DNA from: Deinococcales bacterium
Lineage (GTDB): Bacteria; Deinococcota; Deinococci; Deinococcales; JAAFIG01
Reading direction: 5' to 3'
Length of the DNA stretch: 64,000 bases
NCBI GenBank assembly: GCA_043778225.1
Contig: JAYWGM010000066.1
Location: 16,674 to 80,673, forward strand
Shown here piece by piece: positions 48,848-58,291 of the stretch. Position numbers and translations under genes: made by a program. Under the pieces are notes generated by a model. It made no database searches. It was not told the DNA's origin and worked only from the letters and a program-made list of their open reading frames with translations. Positions within the stretch are counted from its first letter, which is position 1. Every line of letters begins with the position of its first letter.

Positions 48848-50008
48848 ATGAATATCGCAGTGTTGTGTCACCCATCGGCTGGCGGCTCGGGCGTGGTGGC
48901 GACTGAATTGGCGCTTGCCTTGGTCACGCAAGGTCATCGCGTTCATATGATTGCTACTCAAGTGCCGTTTCGCCTGAACGCCATGCGCTTACCAGACCTC
49001 GAGTTACCGAGCCTAGACAATAATTTTGCGCCGCTCGAGGGCGAAGTGATGTTCCACGAGATTCAAAATGCCAATTATCCACTGTTTGACCAACCACTGA
49101 CCAGTTTAGCAGCCGTCAATACTTTGGTCAGTGTGATAGAAGAACATAACATAGACTTGGTTCATGCCCACTACGCGATTCCACACGCCACCAGTGCGCT
49201 GCTGGCAAGAGATATGGTTGGCGGTAGTGTTAAAGTTGTGACCACGTTGCACGGTACAGATGTGACATTGGTCGGTCTCGAGCCAAGTTTTTTACGCACC
49301 ACTCGCTATGCCATCGAAGCCTCCGATGCGGTCACAGCAGTCTCGGATTATTTAGCCGACCACACCAAGACAGTCATGGGCGCACAGAAAAAAATTGACG
49401 TGGTTTATAACTGGGTGGACACTGAACGCTTTATTCCGATTGCCGACAGCACCTACCGCAGCCGTTTTGCGCGAAGCGACGAAGCGCTAATTGTTCATGC
49501 CAGTAATTTTCGGGAAATTAAACGCCCCAAAGATGTGATTCGGGTCTTTGCCAATATCCTTAAACATCAAAAAGCCCGTTTAATCATGATTGGCGATGGT
49601 CCAGAACGTCTGCCAACTTTAGAACTTGCTAAAAGCATGGGGATTGCCAAATACGTGCATTTTATTGGCTCTTTCCCGAATGTTGAAATGATTTTTGGCG
49701 TGGCAGATTTGCTGCTGCTGCCCTCAAGCAAAGAGAGCTTTGGTTTAGTAGCACTCGAGGCGATGGCGTGTGGTGTGGCGGTCATCTCGAGCAATGCTGG
49801 TGGATTGCCAGAAGTGGTAGTAAACGGCGTAACTGGTTTTACCCTGCCAATTGGCGATGTCGAAGGCATGAGCGCCGCTGCCGTAGCCGCACTTGAGCAA
49901 TTACCACAAATGCGTGTAGCAGCGAGGGAGCGAGCAGTTACGGAATTCCACCCAAGTGTGATTCTGCCACGTTACATTAGGGTTTACGAACGAACATTGA
50001 ATCTTTAA
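48848..50008 (+). CDS. bshA: N-acetyl-alpha-D-glucosaminyl L-malate synthase (bacillithiol synthesis)
   Basis: GGSGVVATELA, HAHYAIPHA, TTLHGTDVTLVG, HASNFR..KR, ESFGLVALEAMACG. Confidence 0.95.
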   Translation: MNIAVLCHPSAGGSGVVATELALALVTQGHRVHMIATQVPFRLNAMRLPDLELPSLDNNFAPLEGEVMFHEIQNANYPLFDQPLTSLAAVNTLVSVIEEHNIDLVHAHYAIPHATSALLARDMVGGSVKVVTTLHGTDVTLVGLEPSFLRTTRYAIEASDAVTAVSDYLADHTKTVMGAQKKIDVVYNWVDTERFIPIADSTYRSRFARSDEALIVHASNFREIKRPKDVIRVFANILKHQKARLIMIGDGPERLPTLELAKSMGIAKYVHFIGSFPNVEMIFGVADLLLLPSSKESFGLVALEAMACGVAVISSNAGGLPEVVVNGVTGFTLPIGDVEGMSAAAVAALEQLPQMRVAARERAVTEFHPSVILPRYIRVYERTLNL

Positions 50009-50027
50009 GAACCCGATTTTGGAAGAA

Positions 50028-50954
50028 TCAATCAAAAAGAAAAAGCGATGATTGTTGTGGAATCAAGAGGGGATATGCCACTTTAGGAATTTCGTGATTG
50101 TGTTTTTCGATCTGTGGTGCTTCAAAATTAAAAATTAACGCCTCAACCATTGGATTTCTATTCTCGATTTTTGCTCCTGAATGATAATAATGGTCTCGAG
50201 TCACGATTTGAAAATCTGACCAGTATTTTTTGATGTTAATGTTTTCCCGAAAATCATTATGATGCCATGACGATAATATGAAGCGTGCAGGCGTTTCACG
50301 TAGTGCTTGAGCCAGTTGTTGCTCGTTTTCTTCAGTCCAATTATTATAATAATCGGTGTACCGTCCAAGATAAGGTGGGTCACAATAAATTAAGTCGCCA
50401 ACTTGTGCGGTCTGAATGGTGGTTAAGTAATCTTGGTGTAGAAATTTCCACTCTGGACGAATAACATTGGCACAATAATCGGTTTGATTGGTAATTTTTG
50501 TAACGTAAGCTGGCGCGAATCGGTCTGGTTTTTTACAAAATGGGATATTCCACCGACCTGCTTTTGAAAAACGCATCATGCCATTAAAACCGGCTCGAGA
50601 TAAGAACAAAAAGTCGAGTGGCTGAAAGGTCGTATTGAATCGTTCTCGAATAAATCGGTAATGCTGGTAGCCATTTTCGTCGGCTTGACGCAGCAAATCA
50701 CCTTCACGCTGGAGGTAATCCCGAACTAAATCGGGTGTGATTTCTCCAGACTGGATCGCAGCGTAAAAAGCAATAATATGTGGGTTTGAATCAGCAAAAA
50801 TAGCTTGTTTAGCCTTGATATTTAAGCCAACCACACCACTGCCCATAAATGGTTCAATCCAACGCTCAAAATCTGGCGGTACAAGTTGGCGAATCCAAGG
50901 GACAAGTTTGGTTTTGATACCTTGACATTTAAGTGGTGGTACAAAGGTTTTCAT
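50028..50954 (-). CDS. Dam-class (D12) N6-adenine DNA methyltransferase, M.EcoRV-like
   Basis: FVPPLKCQGIKTKLVP, EPFMGSG (motif I), DPPY (motif IV), FNGMMRF. Confidence 0.92.
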   Translation of the reverse strand: MKTFVPPLKCQGIKTKLVPWIRQLVPPDFERWIEPFMGSGVVGLNIKAKQAIFADSNPHIIAFYAAIQSGEITPDLVRDYLQREGDLLRQADENGYQHYRFIRERFNTTFQPLDFLFLSRAGFNGMMRFSKAGRWNIPFCKKPDRFAPAYVTKITNQTDYCANVIRPEWKFLHQDYLTTIQTAQVGDLIYCDPPYLGRYTDYYNNWTEENEQQLAQALRETPARFILSSWHHNDFRENINIKKYWSDFQIVTRDHYYHSGAKIENRNPMVEALIFNFEAPQIEKHNHEIPKVAYPLLIPQQSSLFLFD

Positions 50955-51793
50955 CAGGCTTCTTCGTCTTCTGGTTCTGCTCGAATGACCGCTTGGTGAG
51001 CATTGAGGCTTTTCATACCTCTTTGCTTATATTCAAAATACGTTTTAAGGCTCGAGTAAGGTCTTGGAAGCTCGAGTGTCTTTGCCATATCGGCGGTTAA
51101 GTAAAACATCCAGTAATCGTCATAGACATCTTCACCTAATGCACTAAAAATCCCGTTTCCTTGTACTAAATCAGCAATATTTGTGCAAGAACCAATGTTT
51201 TTTGTATTACCACTACCCGGACGACTGACGGCAATTCGGTATTTAGGTTGTGCAAAAAATTGGAATGAATGAATCACCGATGGAATAGTCGCTAAATCCT
51301 CGAGTGTGTACTTTATGCGTTCGTCCAGCGCATCATCGTTACGTGAATAAATCACGCCAAGCACATAATGCCCTTCGTAATCAGCATACGGGTATAAAAT
51401 GTTCTTTTGGCTGCTTCGGTTACGAAAGTAACCTGTAAATGCGCCTAGAGTCATACCATTGACCGAATCTTTGGATGTACGGTAGGTACTTTTAATGTCA
51501 ACTGCAAACTTCTGACCCGTAAGTAAATGCACAAAAGAAACATCTGGATAAAAGTTCTGTTGTGGCGAAAGGTCCAAACGAAAACCATGTTTTTCGCCAA
51601 AAATCACAAACATTGGGAAAAGTAGCAGCTCGAGAACTTTTGAAACAATTTTGGTATCCACTGAAATGCTATAAATGTTTTGATAAACGTCAATAAATCC
51701 TTTAATAATCCACTGACCTTCAGATGTTGCAACAGCATGAGCAAAAGATTCTATTTCAGCTTGCAAGGCAATTAAAAAGCCATCTTTGTTCAT
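50954..51793 (-). CDS. EcoRV-family type II restriction endonuclease
   Basis: DTKIVSKVLEL, QNFYPD...AVDIKSTY, TLGAFTGYFRN, GSGNTKNIGS, matching EcoRV motifs as I know them. Confidence 0.88.
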   Translation of the reverse strand: MNKDGFLIALQAEIESFAHAVATSEGQWIIKGFIDVYQNIYSISVDTKIVSKVLELLLFPMFVIFGEKHGFRLDLSPQQNFYPDVSFVHLLTGQKFAVDIKSTYRTSKDSVNGMTLGAFTGYFRNRSSQKNILYPYADYEGHYVLGVIYSRNDDALDERIKYTLEDLATIPSVIHSFQFFAQPKYRIAVSRPGSGNTKNIGSCTNIADLVQGNGIFSALGEDVYDDYWMFYLTADMAKTLELPRPYSSLKTYFEYKQRGMKSLNAHQAVIRAEPEDEEA

Positions 51794-51902
51794 CGTTAAA
51801 ACTCACCTTCAGTGTGGGTATCTGTCCGACCTCGAATTATTGCGTTTTTCACAGTTGTATTCTACTCTATTCCTCCCAAGCCAAATACAGTAGATTTTAA
51901 GC

Positions 51903-52889
51903 ATGAAAGTCATTGCCACACTTGCTGCATTACATGCCACTGCACCACTGTACAACGCCCAAACTGTGCTGGAAATACTCGAGTTCTTAGGTGCAAAAAA
52001 AGTTATGCTTGCCGATGTAACCCAAAAAGACTGGGCAGGCGGTGCATGGCGAAACCTCGACGACCCAGTCTTGTTTGCACTCGAGGATGCTCGTATAGAT
52101 TGCCGTGGTATTGCGCCAGATTGGGCTTGGGCAAATCTTGAATACAACAAAATGCTCGAGTTTCTCAAACAATTCCCACAAGGGCAGCAGCGTTTGAGGC
52201 AGCTTGGACAGGCAGAACGCGACTTAAAAACGGTTCTCGAGCTTCCTTTAGATGTGCAAGTAGTTTACGGATATTTACTCGAGACGGTGGCAGCCCATCA
52301 CAAGCACATCACCGAACTGCTTGAGGAAGGTCCGGGGACGGCTCACCGCTTGCAACGACTCGAGCAAATCGTAGCAAAACTCGAGCCAGATGCAGTTTTA
52401 CTGGCAAGTCTGGATGATGTCCCAACCCTCTTAGAACTCGGTCTCGAGTTGCCAGATTTAACGGGTTTTGCACCAAGTGAAGCCAGCCGTTTTCGAGCCA
52501 TCATAGACCGAGCCTACCGACTCGAGGATAACGATGACTTAGATGCCTTGGTACATTTGTTGCTGGCTTTGGACGCACCCGCCGACACAGCCCTAGCACG
52601 AATGGCACTCGAAGCGCGGTTTGCTGCCAGTGGTTTGTACCTCGCTGTTGGCGACTGGGAAAGCGCCCGAGATTTACTCGAGGCGGTCGCCATGGGACAA
52701 TTCGAGCGCCCAAGTTATTTGCCGGGCTTTGTGCTGGCACGGCTTGGGCAGTGCCGAGACCTGATGCTCGAGCGTGAACGTGCGATGCGAGCCTATACCG
52801 CCGCACTGGCACTGGCATACTGCCCATCCGAGGCTCGAGCCGTAGCAAGTCTGGGTCTGCTCGAGCCGTTTAGTTTGAGCGGCTTTTGA
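51903..52889 (+). CDS. Hypothetical protein with C-terminal TPR-like helices
   Basis: 328 aa; LARLGQCRDL..ERERA.RAY.AAL; TAGATT-N6-ATG. Confidence 0.7.
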   Translation: MKVIATLAALHATAPLYNAQTVLEILEFLGAKKVMLADVTQKDWAGGAWRNLDDPVLFALEDARIDCRGIAPDWAWANLEYNKMLEFLKQFPQGQQRLRQLGQAERDLKTVLELPLDVQVVYGYLLETVAAHHKHITELLEEGPGTAHRLQRLEQIVAKLEPDAVLLASLDDVPTLLELGLELPDLTGFAPSEASRFRAIIDRAYRLEDNDDLDALVHLLLALDAPADTALARMALEARFAASGLYLAVGDWESARDLLEAVAMGQFERPSYLPGFVLARLGQCRDLMLERERAMRAYTAALALAYCPSEARAVASLGLLEPFSLSGF

Positions 52890-53333
52890 TTACTTAATAA
52901 CTCCCACTGCCCAAATGGCTTTCTCGCGCAACTCGAGTTTAATACTTGGTAAGGCAGTACGGGCTGGACCACGGGTAACTAAGCCAAGCGCATTAAATTC
53001 GCTGCCATGGCAATCGCAGACATGGAGACCGTCGGTTTTAGGCAATTCGGTTTGGCAACCAGCGTGGGTACAGACCCTCGAGACGGCAGCAAAGGCTTCT
53101 TTTTCGATCACCAAGGCGCGGGGGGTGGCTTCTTTGGGAACATCAGTGCGCTGCAACAAACAGACGATACCCTCGAAGCTAAACTCGAGGTATTTCCACT
53201 TGGCATCTATTTTCTCGAGGTCTATCAGTTTGACTGGCTTTGAGGTAGCAGTTTGTGCCAAAGCAGTATCGAGGGCGAAGCTCGAGCCAAAGGTAGCCAA
53301 AGCAAGGGTTTTATTGACATCACGTCTATTCAT
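52890..53333 (-). CDS. Rieske 2Fe-2S protein with Tat-like signal
   Basis: MNRRD; CTHAGC and CDCHGS. Confidence 0.9.
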   Translation of the reverse strand: MNRRDVNKTLALATFGSSFALDTALAQTATSKPVKLIDLEKIDAKWKYLEFSFEGIVCLLQRTDVPKEATPRALVIEKEAFAAVSRVCTHAGCQTELPKTDGLHVCDCHGSEFNALGLVTRGPARTALPSIKLELREKAIWAVGVIK

Positions 53334-53440
53334 GGTTGTTATTGTTTCAGGTTTTGCAAAACAAACCGTGTCTTTTCCGACAGTGTGAGGATTAACTAAA
53401 GGATTTCTCAAGGCGGGTCTGTTGGGTTAAACTGTTGGCT

Positions 53441-53749
53441 ATGAACATTCAAAAAATGATGAAACAAATGCAAAAAGCCCAATCCGCCCAAGCCGATATG
53501 CAGGAAAAACTCGAGGCGCTTGAGATTATTGGCAGTGCTGGCGGCGGTATGGTCAAAGCCACCTGTAGCGGCTCAGGGCAAATTAAAGCCATTAAACTCG
53601 AGAAAATCGTGGTAGACCCCGAAGATGTCGAAGCCCTCGAGGATTTAATTCTGATTGCCATTCAAGATGCCCAACGCAAAGCCAACGAAGCCCAGCAGAC
53701 CGAGACCAGCAAACTGATGAGCGGTTTACAGATTCCGGGAATGCGGTAA
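53441..53749 (+). CDS. ebfC: YbaB/EbfC nucleoid-associated protein
   Basis: MNIQKMMKQMQK, GSAGGGMVK, DPEDVEALEDLI..A..DA. Confidence 0.95.
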   Translation: MNIQKMMKQMQKAQSAQADMQEKLEALEIIGSAGGGMVKATCSGSGQIKAIKLEKIVVDPEDVEALEDLILIAIQDAQRKANEAQQTETSKLMSGLQIPGMR

Positions 53750-53774
53750 GAACTTAGGTCAAAAGGTTAAAAGG

Positions 53775-54386
53775 TTAAAGAGGAGTTTTGGGACTCAAAT
53801 GGCTTTGCATTCGGGTAGCAATGCCGCGCTCGAGTTCACCTTGTTGCTCGAGGTGGGTCACTACATTTTCTTGGTCTTGTGGATTTTTGTTTTGAGAGAG
53901 CTTAAATTTACCTTCTAATCGGGTCATGGTCAGTTCAAAACCAACAATGCCTTTTTGCATCCCAGACAAGTAATCTTCTCGATACGCCGCCATTTCTGAG
54001 CCATGACCATGTTGCTGCATCAGTGCCTCAAGTTGCGCTCTGGTCTCCTCTACCCCAAGTAAGCGCGGCGTGCCATAAGCATGAACCGTGGCATAGTTCC
54101 AAGTTGGCACATTGGGGGCGCTTTCGTACCAGTTGCTCGAGATAAAAGCGTGTTCGGCTTGGAAAACCACCAGCACTTCTTGATTTGGGTCAAAATGCTG
54201 CCATTGTGGATTGGCTCGAGCCACATGGGCGGTCAGTTTTTGGCGCTCCTCGAGTGGCGTAAATGGAATACTGGTCGCAAACGGCACGCCATCTGGGGCG
54301 GTAATCAGTAAGCCAAAATTGAATTGGCGCATCAGTTCCCAAAGTGGGGTGGGGTCGGTCACGGCAAAATGCTTAGGAATATACAT
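53775..54386 (-). CDS. PaiB-like FMN-binding protein
   Basis: MYIPKHF, HVARANPQW, VPTWNYATVH, GKFKLSQN. Confidence 0.92.
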   Translation of the reverse strand: MYIPKHFAVTDPTPLWELMRQFNFGLLITAPDGVPFATSIPFTPLEERQKLTAHVARANPQWQHFDPNQEVLVVFQAEHAFISSNWYESAPNVPTWNYATVHAYGTPRLLGVEETRAQLEALMQQHGHGSEMAAYREDYLSGMQKGIVGFELTMTRLEGKFKLSQNKNPQDQENVVTHLEQQGELERGIATRMQSHLSPKTPL

Positions 54387-54404
54387 AAACTCGAGTTTAG
54401 CAAA

Positions 54405-55223
54405 TCAGGATGCTAATTGCGCTACGACAAATCGCTGATGTCCAGATAAATCTGACTCGAGAAACGCCTTCCAGCCTAGCGCCTGCATTTCGGCTTGCAG
54501 CACTGGCGCGTTGCGCGGGTCCAACTCAAGCAGCAAAAAACCTTGGCTGTTTAAGTAATTCGGGGCAACCAGCACCAATTCTCGAGCCAATTGCAAACCA
54601 TCCAGACCTGAAAAAAGAGCTTCGTGGGGTTCTTGTTGCACTTCAGGCTCGAGAACATCGATTTCGGGGAGGTACGGTAAATTTGCCACAATCACCGTGA
54701 ATTTGCCAGTCAAACCACTCAGCAATGAAGTTTGCAACACATGAATGTCCAGTTTGAAACGCCTTGCATTCTTGCGTGTTAAAGCAATGGCATTAGGGTT
54801 AATGTCCGTAGCCCAAACCTCGAGCATCGGGCGTTCGGTCTTTAATGCCAAGGCAATAGCACCAGACCCGCAGCCCACATCCACCACCCGCCCAGCCGCA
54901 CCAAACCGCTCGAGACTCAGTTCCACCAACCGCTCGGTCTCGGGACGTGGAATCAGCACACCCGATTGTACCAGCAGTTCAAGACCATAAAAATTTGTAC
55001 TGCCAATAATCCACTGCAACGGTTCTCGAGCCACCCGACGCGCTACCCAAGACTGGAATTGCTCGAGTTCGGCTTGGGTCAGGATTCGGTTTGATTCGAG
55101 CAGCACCGCCCGAGTTGCCTGCAAAGTCAGAATCAGTAACCATTCAGCATCAATACGTGGACTCGAGACTTGGGCAGCCTCGAGTTGCAAAACAGCATTT
55201 TGCAGCGCTGCTTGAAGCCTCAC
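54405..55223 (-). CDS. prmC: Release factor glutamine methyltransferase
   Basis: EPLQWI.G, VLIPRPETE, DVGCGSG.IA, NLPY. Confidence 0.93.
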   Translation of the reverse strand: MRLQAALQNAVLQLEAAQVSSPRIDAEWLLILTLQATRAVLLESNRILTQAELEQFQSWVARRVAREPLQWIIGSTNFYGLELLVQSGVLIPRPETERLVELSLERFGAAGRVVDVGCGSGAIALALKTERPMLEVWATDINPNAIALTRKNARRFKLDIHVLQTSLLSGLTGKFTVIVANLPYLPEIDVLEPEVQQEPHEALFSGLDGLQLARELVLVAPNYLNSQGFLLLELDPRNAPVLQAEMQALGWKAFLESDLSGHQRFVVAQLAS

Positions 55224-55798
55224 CTTGGTTTAACAATGATGCGCCTGTCCATACCTTCGCCCACCGATTCGGTCATCACAAAAGCATCCTCGCGCAGCGC
55301 AATATGGATAACTCGGCGGTCGGCTGCACCCAGCACATCCATTTCAAAGGCTTCGCCCGTTTTACGCACCCGAGCAGCAGCACGGCGGGCAGTCTCGAGT
55401 AAACGCTCTTCGTGACGGCGTTTATAGCCAGCCGCATCGACATTGACCCTGAGCGCATTTTCGCCGACTTCTTTTGCCAGCACAGTATTGGCTAAAAATT
55501 CAATTGAACTTAATGTTCGCCCTTCACGCCCAATAATCCGTCCCGAATCGCCGCCCGTAATTTCGGCGAGGATATTCTCGCCGCGCTCTTTAGCGCTAAC
55601 GCTGTAACCGGGGGCAATATAAGCCAGTAAACCAGTTAAAAAATCCTCAACAATGGTTTCTGAACTGGCACGTGGGGCGCGATTTTGGCTAAGGGCTGGC
55701 ACAGCAGCCGTGACATTGCGCGGTGCAGCTGGAGTCTTGGTTTGGTTTTCATCAGAGATACCCAAATCAGAAAGATACGAGTCTAAATTTTTGTCCAT
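55220..55798 (-). CDS. jag: Jag/KhpB RNA-binding protein (KH + R3H)
   Basis: GRIIGREGRTL KH; RRVIH R3H; ESVGEG.DR. Confidence 0.9.
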   Translation of the reverse strand: MDKNLDSYLSDLGISDENQTKTPAAPRNVTAAVPALSQNRAPRASSETIVEDFLTGLLAYIAPGYSVSAKERGENILAEITGGDSGRIIGREGRTLSSIEFLANTVLAKEVGENALRVNVDAAGYKRRHEERLLETARRAAARVRKTGEAFEMDVLGAADRRVIHIALREDAFVMTESVGEGMDRRIIVKPR

Positions 55799-55940
55799 AG
55801 CCGCAGTCTACCAAACTCGAGACAAGAAACGTAGGCTTTTAGACGCATTCTCTCGAATGATGTTTGTAAAAAAACCACGTTTACCCTTAGCAACTTTTTC
55901 AAAAAGTTATTTTTACCAGAATAGGCTAAAATAATTAGAC

Positions 55941-55978
55941 TTGACAAGTTATTAAAATCTGAGTATATTACACTCAAG
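55941..55978 (+). promoter_or_regulatory. hsp20 promoter with HAIR (HspR) operator
   Basis: TTGACA (55941)-N17-TATATT (55964); TCTGAGT-N7-ACTCAAG at 55958-55978 versus consensus CTTGAGT-N7-ACTCAAG. Confidence 0.85.
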
Positions 55979-56018
55979 TTTGCTGATACTAAATCAGCGA
56001 CAAAAGGAGAACATAATC

Positions 56019-56429
56019 ATGATGCGAATCAATACCAACCCTTGGAAATTAATGGATGCCGTTATTGCCGACCTCGAGCGCAATGGTAAAGCTCAAACCC
56101 AACGTGCCGAAACCGACGTGTTTGAAACTCCCGAAGCTGTAATGGTCAAAGTCAATCTGCCGGGTGTCAGCCCAGAAAACATTGAACTCAACCTCGAGCG
56201 CAATGTTTTAACCCTGACCACCAAACTCGAGGAAGCCCAAGCCGAAGGCACAAAAGTTTTGTGGCGTGAACGCACGATTGGCGAACAAAAACGCAGTGTT
56301 CAAATTCCAGTGCGAATTACCCACGAAGGCATCGAAGCCAATCTCGAGCATGGTGTTTTAACCGTCAAAATTCCAAAAGCTCCAGAAAGCCAAGCCAAAC
56401 GCATTACAGTCAACGCTTTTCAGTCGTAG
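56019..56429 (+). CDS. Hsp20/alpha-crystallin small heat-shock protein
   Basis: DVFET, LPGV, RER..G, A.LEHGVLTVKIPK. Confidence 0.95.
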   Translation: MMRINTNPWKLMDAVIADLERNGKAQTQRAETDVFETPEAVMVKVNLPGVSPENIELNLERNVLTLTTKLEEAQAEGTKVLWRERTIGEQKRSVQIPVRITHEGIEANLEHGVLTVKIPKAPESQAKRITVNAFQS

Positions 56430-56439
56430 CCTGAGCTAC

Positions 56440-56477
56440 AAAAAAGCAGCCCATGACCCCCTCATGGGCTGCTTTTT
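56440..56477. terminator. Bidirectional intrinsic terminator
   Basis: AAAAAAGCAGCCCATGA-ccccc-TCATGGGCTGCTTTTT between convergent genes. Confidence 0.9.
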
Positions 56478-56489
56478 AATTATCATGTA

Positions 56490-57545
56490 TCAAATTTCAA
56501 TCATCACTTTTAAGGATTGCTTTTTTTCGGCATCAGCAAATTCAAAGGCTTCTTTGGCTTGGGCTAGACCAAAGCGCTGGGTGATCATTTTATCAAGATT
56601 AACCCGCCCAGAACTGAGCAGCGCTAGGGCAGCAGGGTAGCAATTGGCATACCGAAACTGCCCACGAATGTCGACTTCTCGAGAAGCGGCTGAAACAATA
56701 TCTAAGCTCACCATCGATTCCGGTGGTAGACCAACCAGCACCGCCACGCCACCCGAGCGCACCGCTTGTATGGTTTGCCGACACGTCACCAGCGCACCTG
56801 CCGTCTCAAAAGCTGCATCCACCCCAGCACTTGCGCCAGATAAGCCATTTAAGGATTCGGTGATTGCCCTAATTTGCTCGAGAACGCCACCTTCTTGGGC
56901 GTTAATCGTGTGGGTTGCGCCCAATTCTTTGGCAAACTCGAGGCGAAAAGGCTCGAGGTCAATTACAATAATTGTGGTTGCTCCAGCCGCTTTGGCAGCT
57001 TGGAGGGTGGTACAACCGATTGCGCCCCCGCCAAAAATCGCCACACTTGCGCCCATGCCAATGCCAGAACGCTGCACCGCCCAAACGCCAACTGCCAATG
57101 GCTCGAGCAATGCGGCAGCTTCAAGGCTGACCGAATCGGGAATCTTAAAAACAAAGTCCTCGCGCCAAACCACATATTCGGTCAGTGCGCCGTGAATTGG
57201 CGGCGTTGCCATAAAAACCACATCGGGGCAAAGGTTATAGCGTCCGCGTTTGCAGTGGTAACACGTGCCGCAAGTCACACCTGGCTCGAGACTGACCCGG
57301 TCGCCAACTTTGAGGGTTTTGACCCCAGAACCAATGGCGCTGACGATTCCAGCCGATTCATGCCCCAGAATTAAAGGTGAATTGACCACATAATGCCCGA
57401 TATGTCCATCGGTGTAATAATGTAAATCCGAACCACAAACCCCAACATTGGTTATTTTGACTTGGACTTGGTTTGCGGCTGGCATTGGAATATCCCGAGT
57501 CTCGAGACGCAAATCCCGAATCCCATGCAGTACCGCCGCTTGCAT
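56490..57545 (-). CDS. Zn-dependent sorbitol/xylitol dehydrogenase
   Basis: GVCGSDLHYY, GHE, EPG..C..C..C..G.YNLC, FRYANCY. Confidence 0.9.
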   Translation of the reverse strand: MQAAVLHGIRDLRLETRDIPMPAANQVQVKITNVGVCGSDLHYYTDGHIGHYVVNSPLILGHESAGIVSAIGSGVKTLKVGDRVSLEPGVTCGTCYHCKRGRYNLCPDVVFMATPPIHGALTEYVVWREDFVFKIPDSVSLEAAALLEPLAVGVWAVQRSGIGMGASVAIFGGGAIGCTTLQAAKAAGATTIIVIDLEPFRLEFAKELGATHTINAQEGGVLEQIRAITESLNGLSGASAGVDAAFETAGALVTCRQTIQAVRSGGVAVLVGLPPESMVSLDIVSAASREVDIRGQFRYANCYPAALALLSSGRVNLDKMITQRFGLAQAKEAFEFADAEKKQSLKVMIEI

Positions 57546-58291
57546 CACCATGAGGTATAGCCTCCATCCACCACGACATTTGCCCCAGTCATAAAACTCG
57601 AGGCAGCACTGGCTAAAAAAACCGCCACGCTTGCCACTTCGCTGGGTTCACCCAAACGCCCCATGGGGGTACTCGAGAGCCATGTCTCACGCCAATCTGG
57701 TTTCTCAAGTCCAAGTTTGGTCATCGGTGTGCCAATGTAGCCGGGGCTGATGCAGTTGACCCGAATGCCACGGCTTGCCCATTCTCCTGCTAGGGATTTG
57801 GTAAGATGAATCACCCCAGCTTTGGCGGTGTTGTATGCCGATTGTGGCTGTGGACGATTAGAAATCATGCCCGACATTGAGCCGATATTGACAATTGTGC
57901 CAGCGCCTTGTGTAAGCATAACTCGAGCCACTTCACGGCAACCATAAAAAACACCATCCAAGTCAATGCTCATCACCAAACGCCATTCTTCGTCGGTCAT
58001 GTCTTGGGCTGGCGTATTGCGGCAAATTCCAGCGTTGTTGACCAAACAATCAATCCGTCCGTGTTTTTGGGCGACGGCTTCAATCATGGCTTTGACACTG
58101 CTCGAGTTGGTGACATCGGTCTCAATAAACTCTCCAGATAACTCGAGGGCGGCGGCTTGTCCAGTGGTCGGGTCGGTTTCGGCAATCACCAGATATGCCC
58201 CAGCCGCCCGCATGGCGCGGGCAATCTCGAGTCCGATTCCACGCCCACCGCCAGTCACGATAATAATTTGTTGCTCGAGAACATGATTCAT
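57545..58291 (-). CDS. SDR polyol/ketose oxidoreductase
   Basis: TGGGRGIG, NNAG, SMSG.I.NRPQPQ.AYN.AK. Confidence 0.9.
   Translation of the reverse strand: MNHVLEQQIIIVTGGGRGIGLEIARAMRAAGAYLVIAETDPTTGQAAALELSGEFIETDVTNSSSVKAMIEAVAQKHGRIDCLVNNAGICRNTPAQDMTDEEWRLVMSIDLDGVFYGCREVARVMLTQGAGTIVNIGSMSGMISNRPQPQSAYNTAKAGVIHLTKSLAGEWASRGIRVNCISPGYIGTPMTKLGLEKPDWRETWLSSTPMGRLGEPSEVASVAVFLASAASSFMTGANVVVDGGYTSW

Noticed and set aside
50028..51793. This R-M system as the cause of the CTCGAG enrichment
   Set aside because: Both proteins resemble the EcoRV (GATATC) pair, not XhoI/PaeR7I-type enzymes; specificity is untested.
21911..55223. prfA and prmC being unlinked
   Set aside because: Separation of these genes is common and carries no further signal here.
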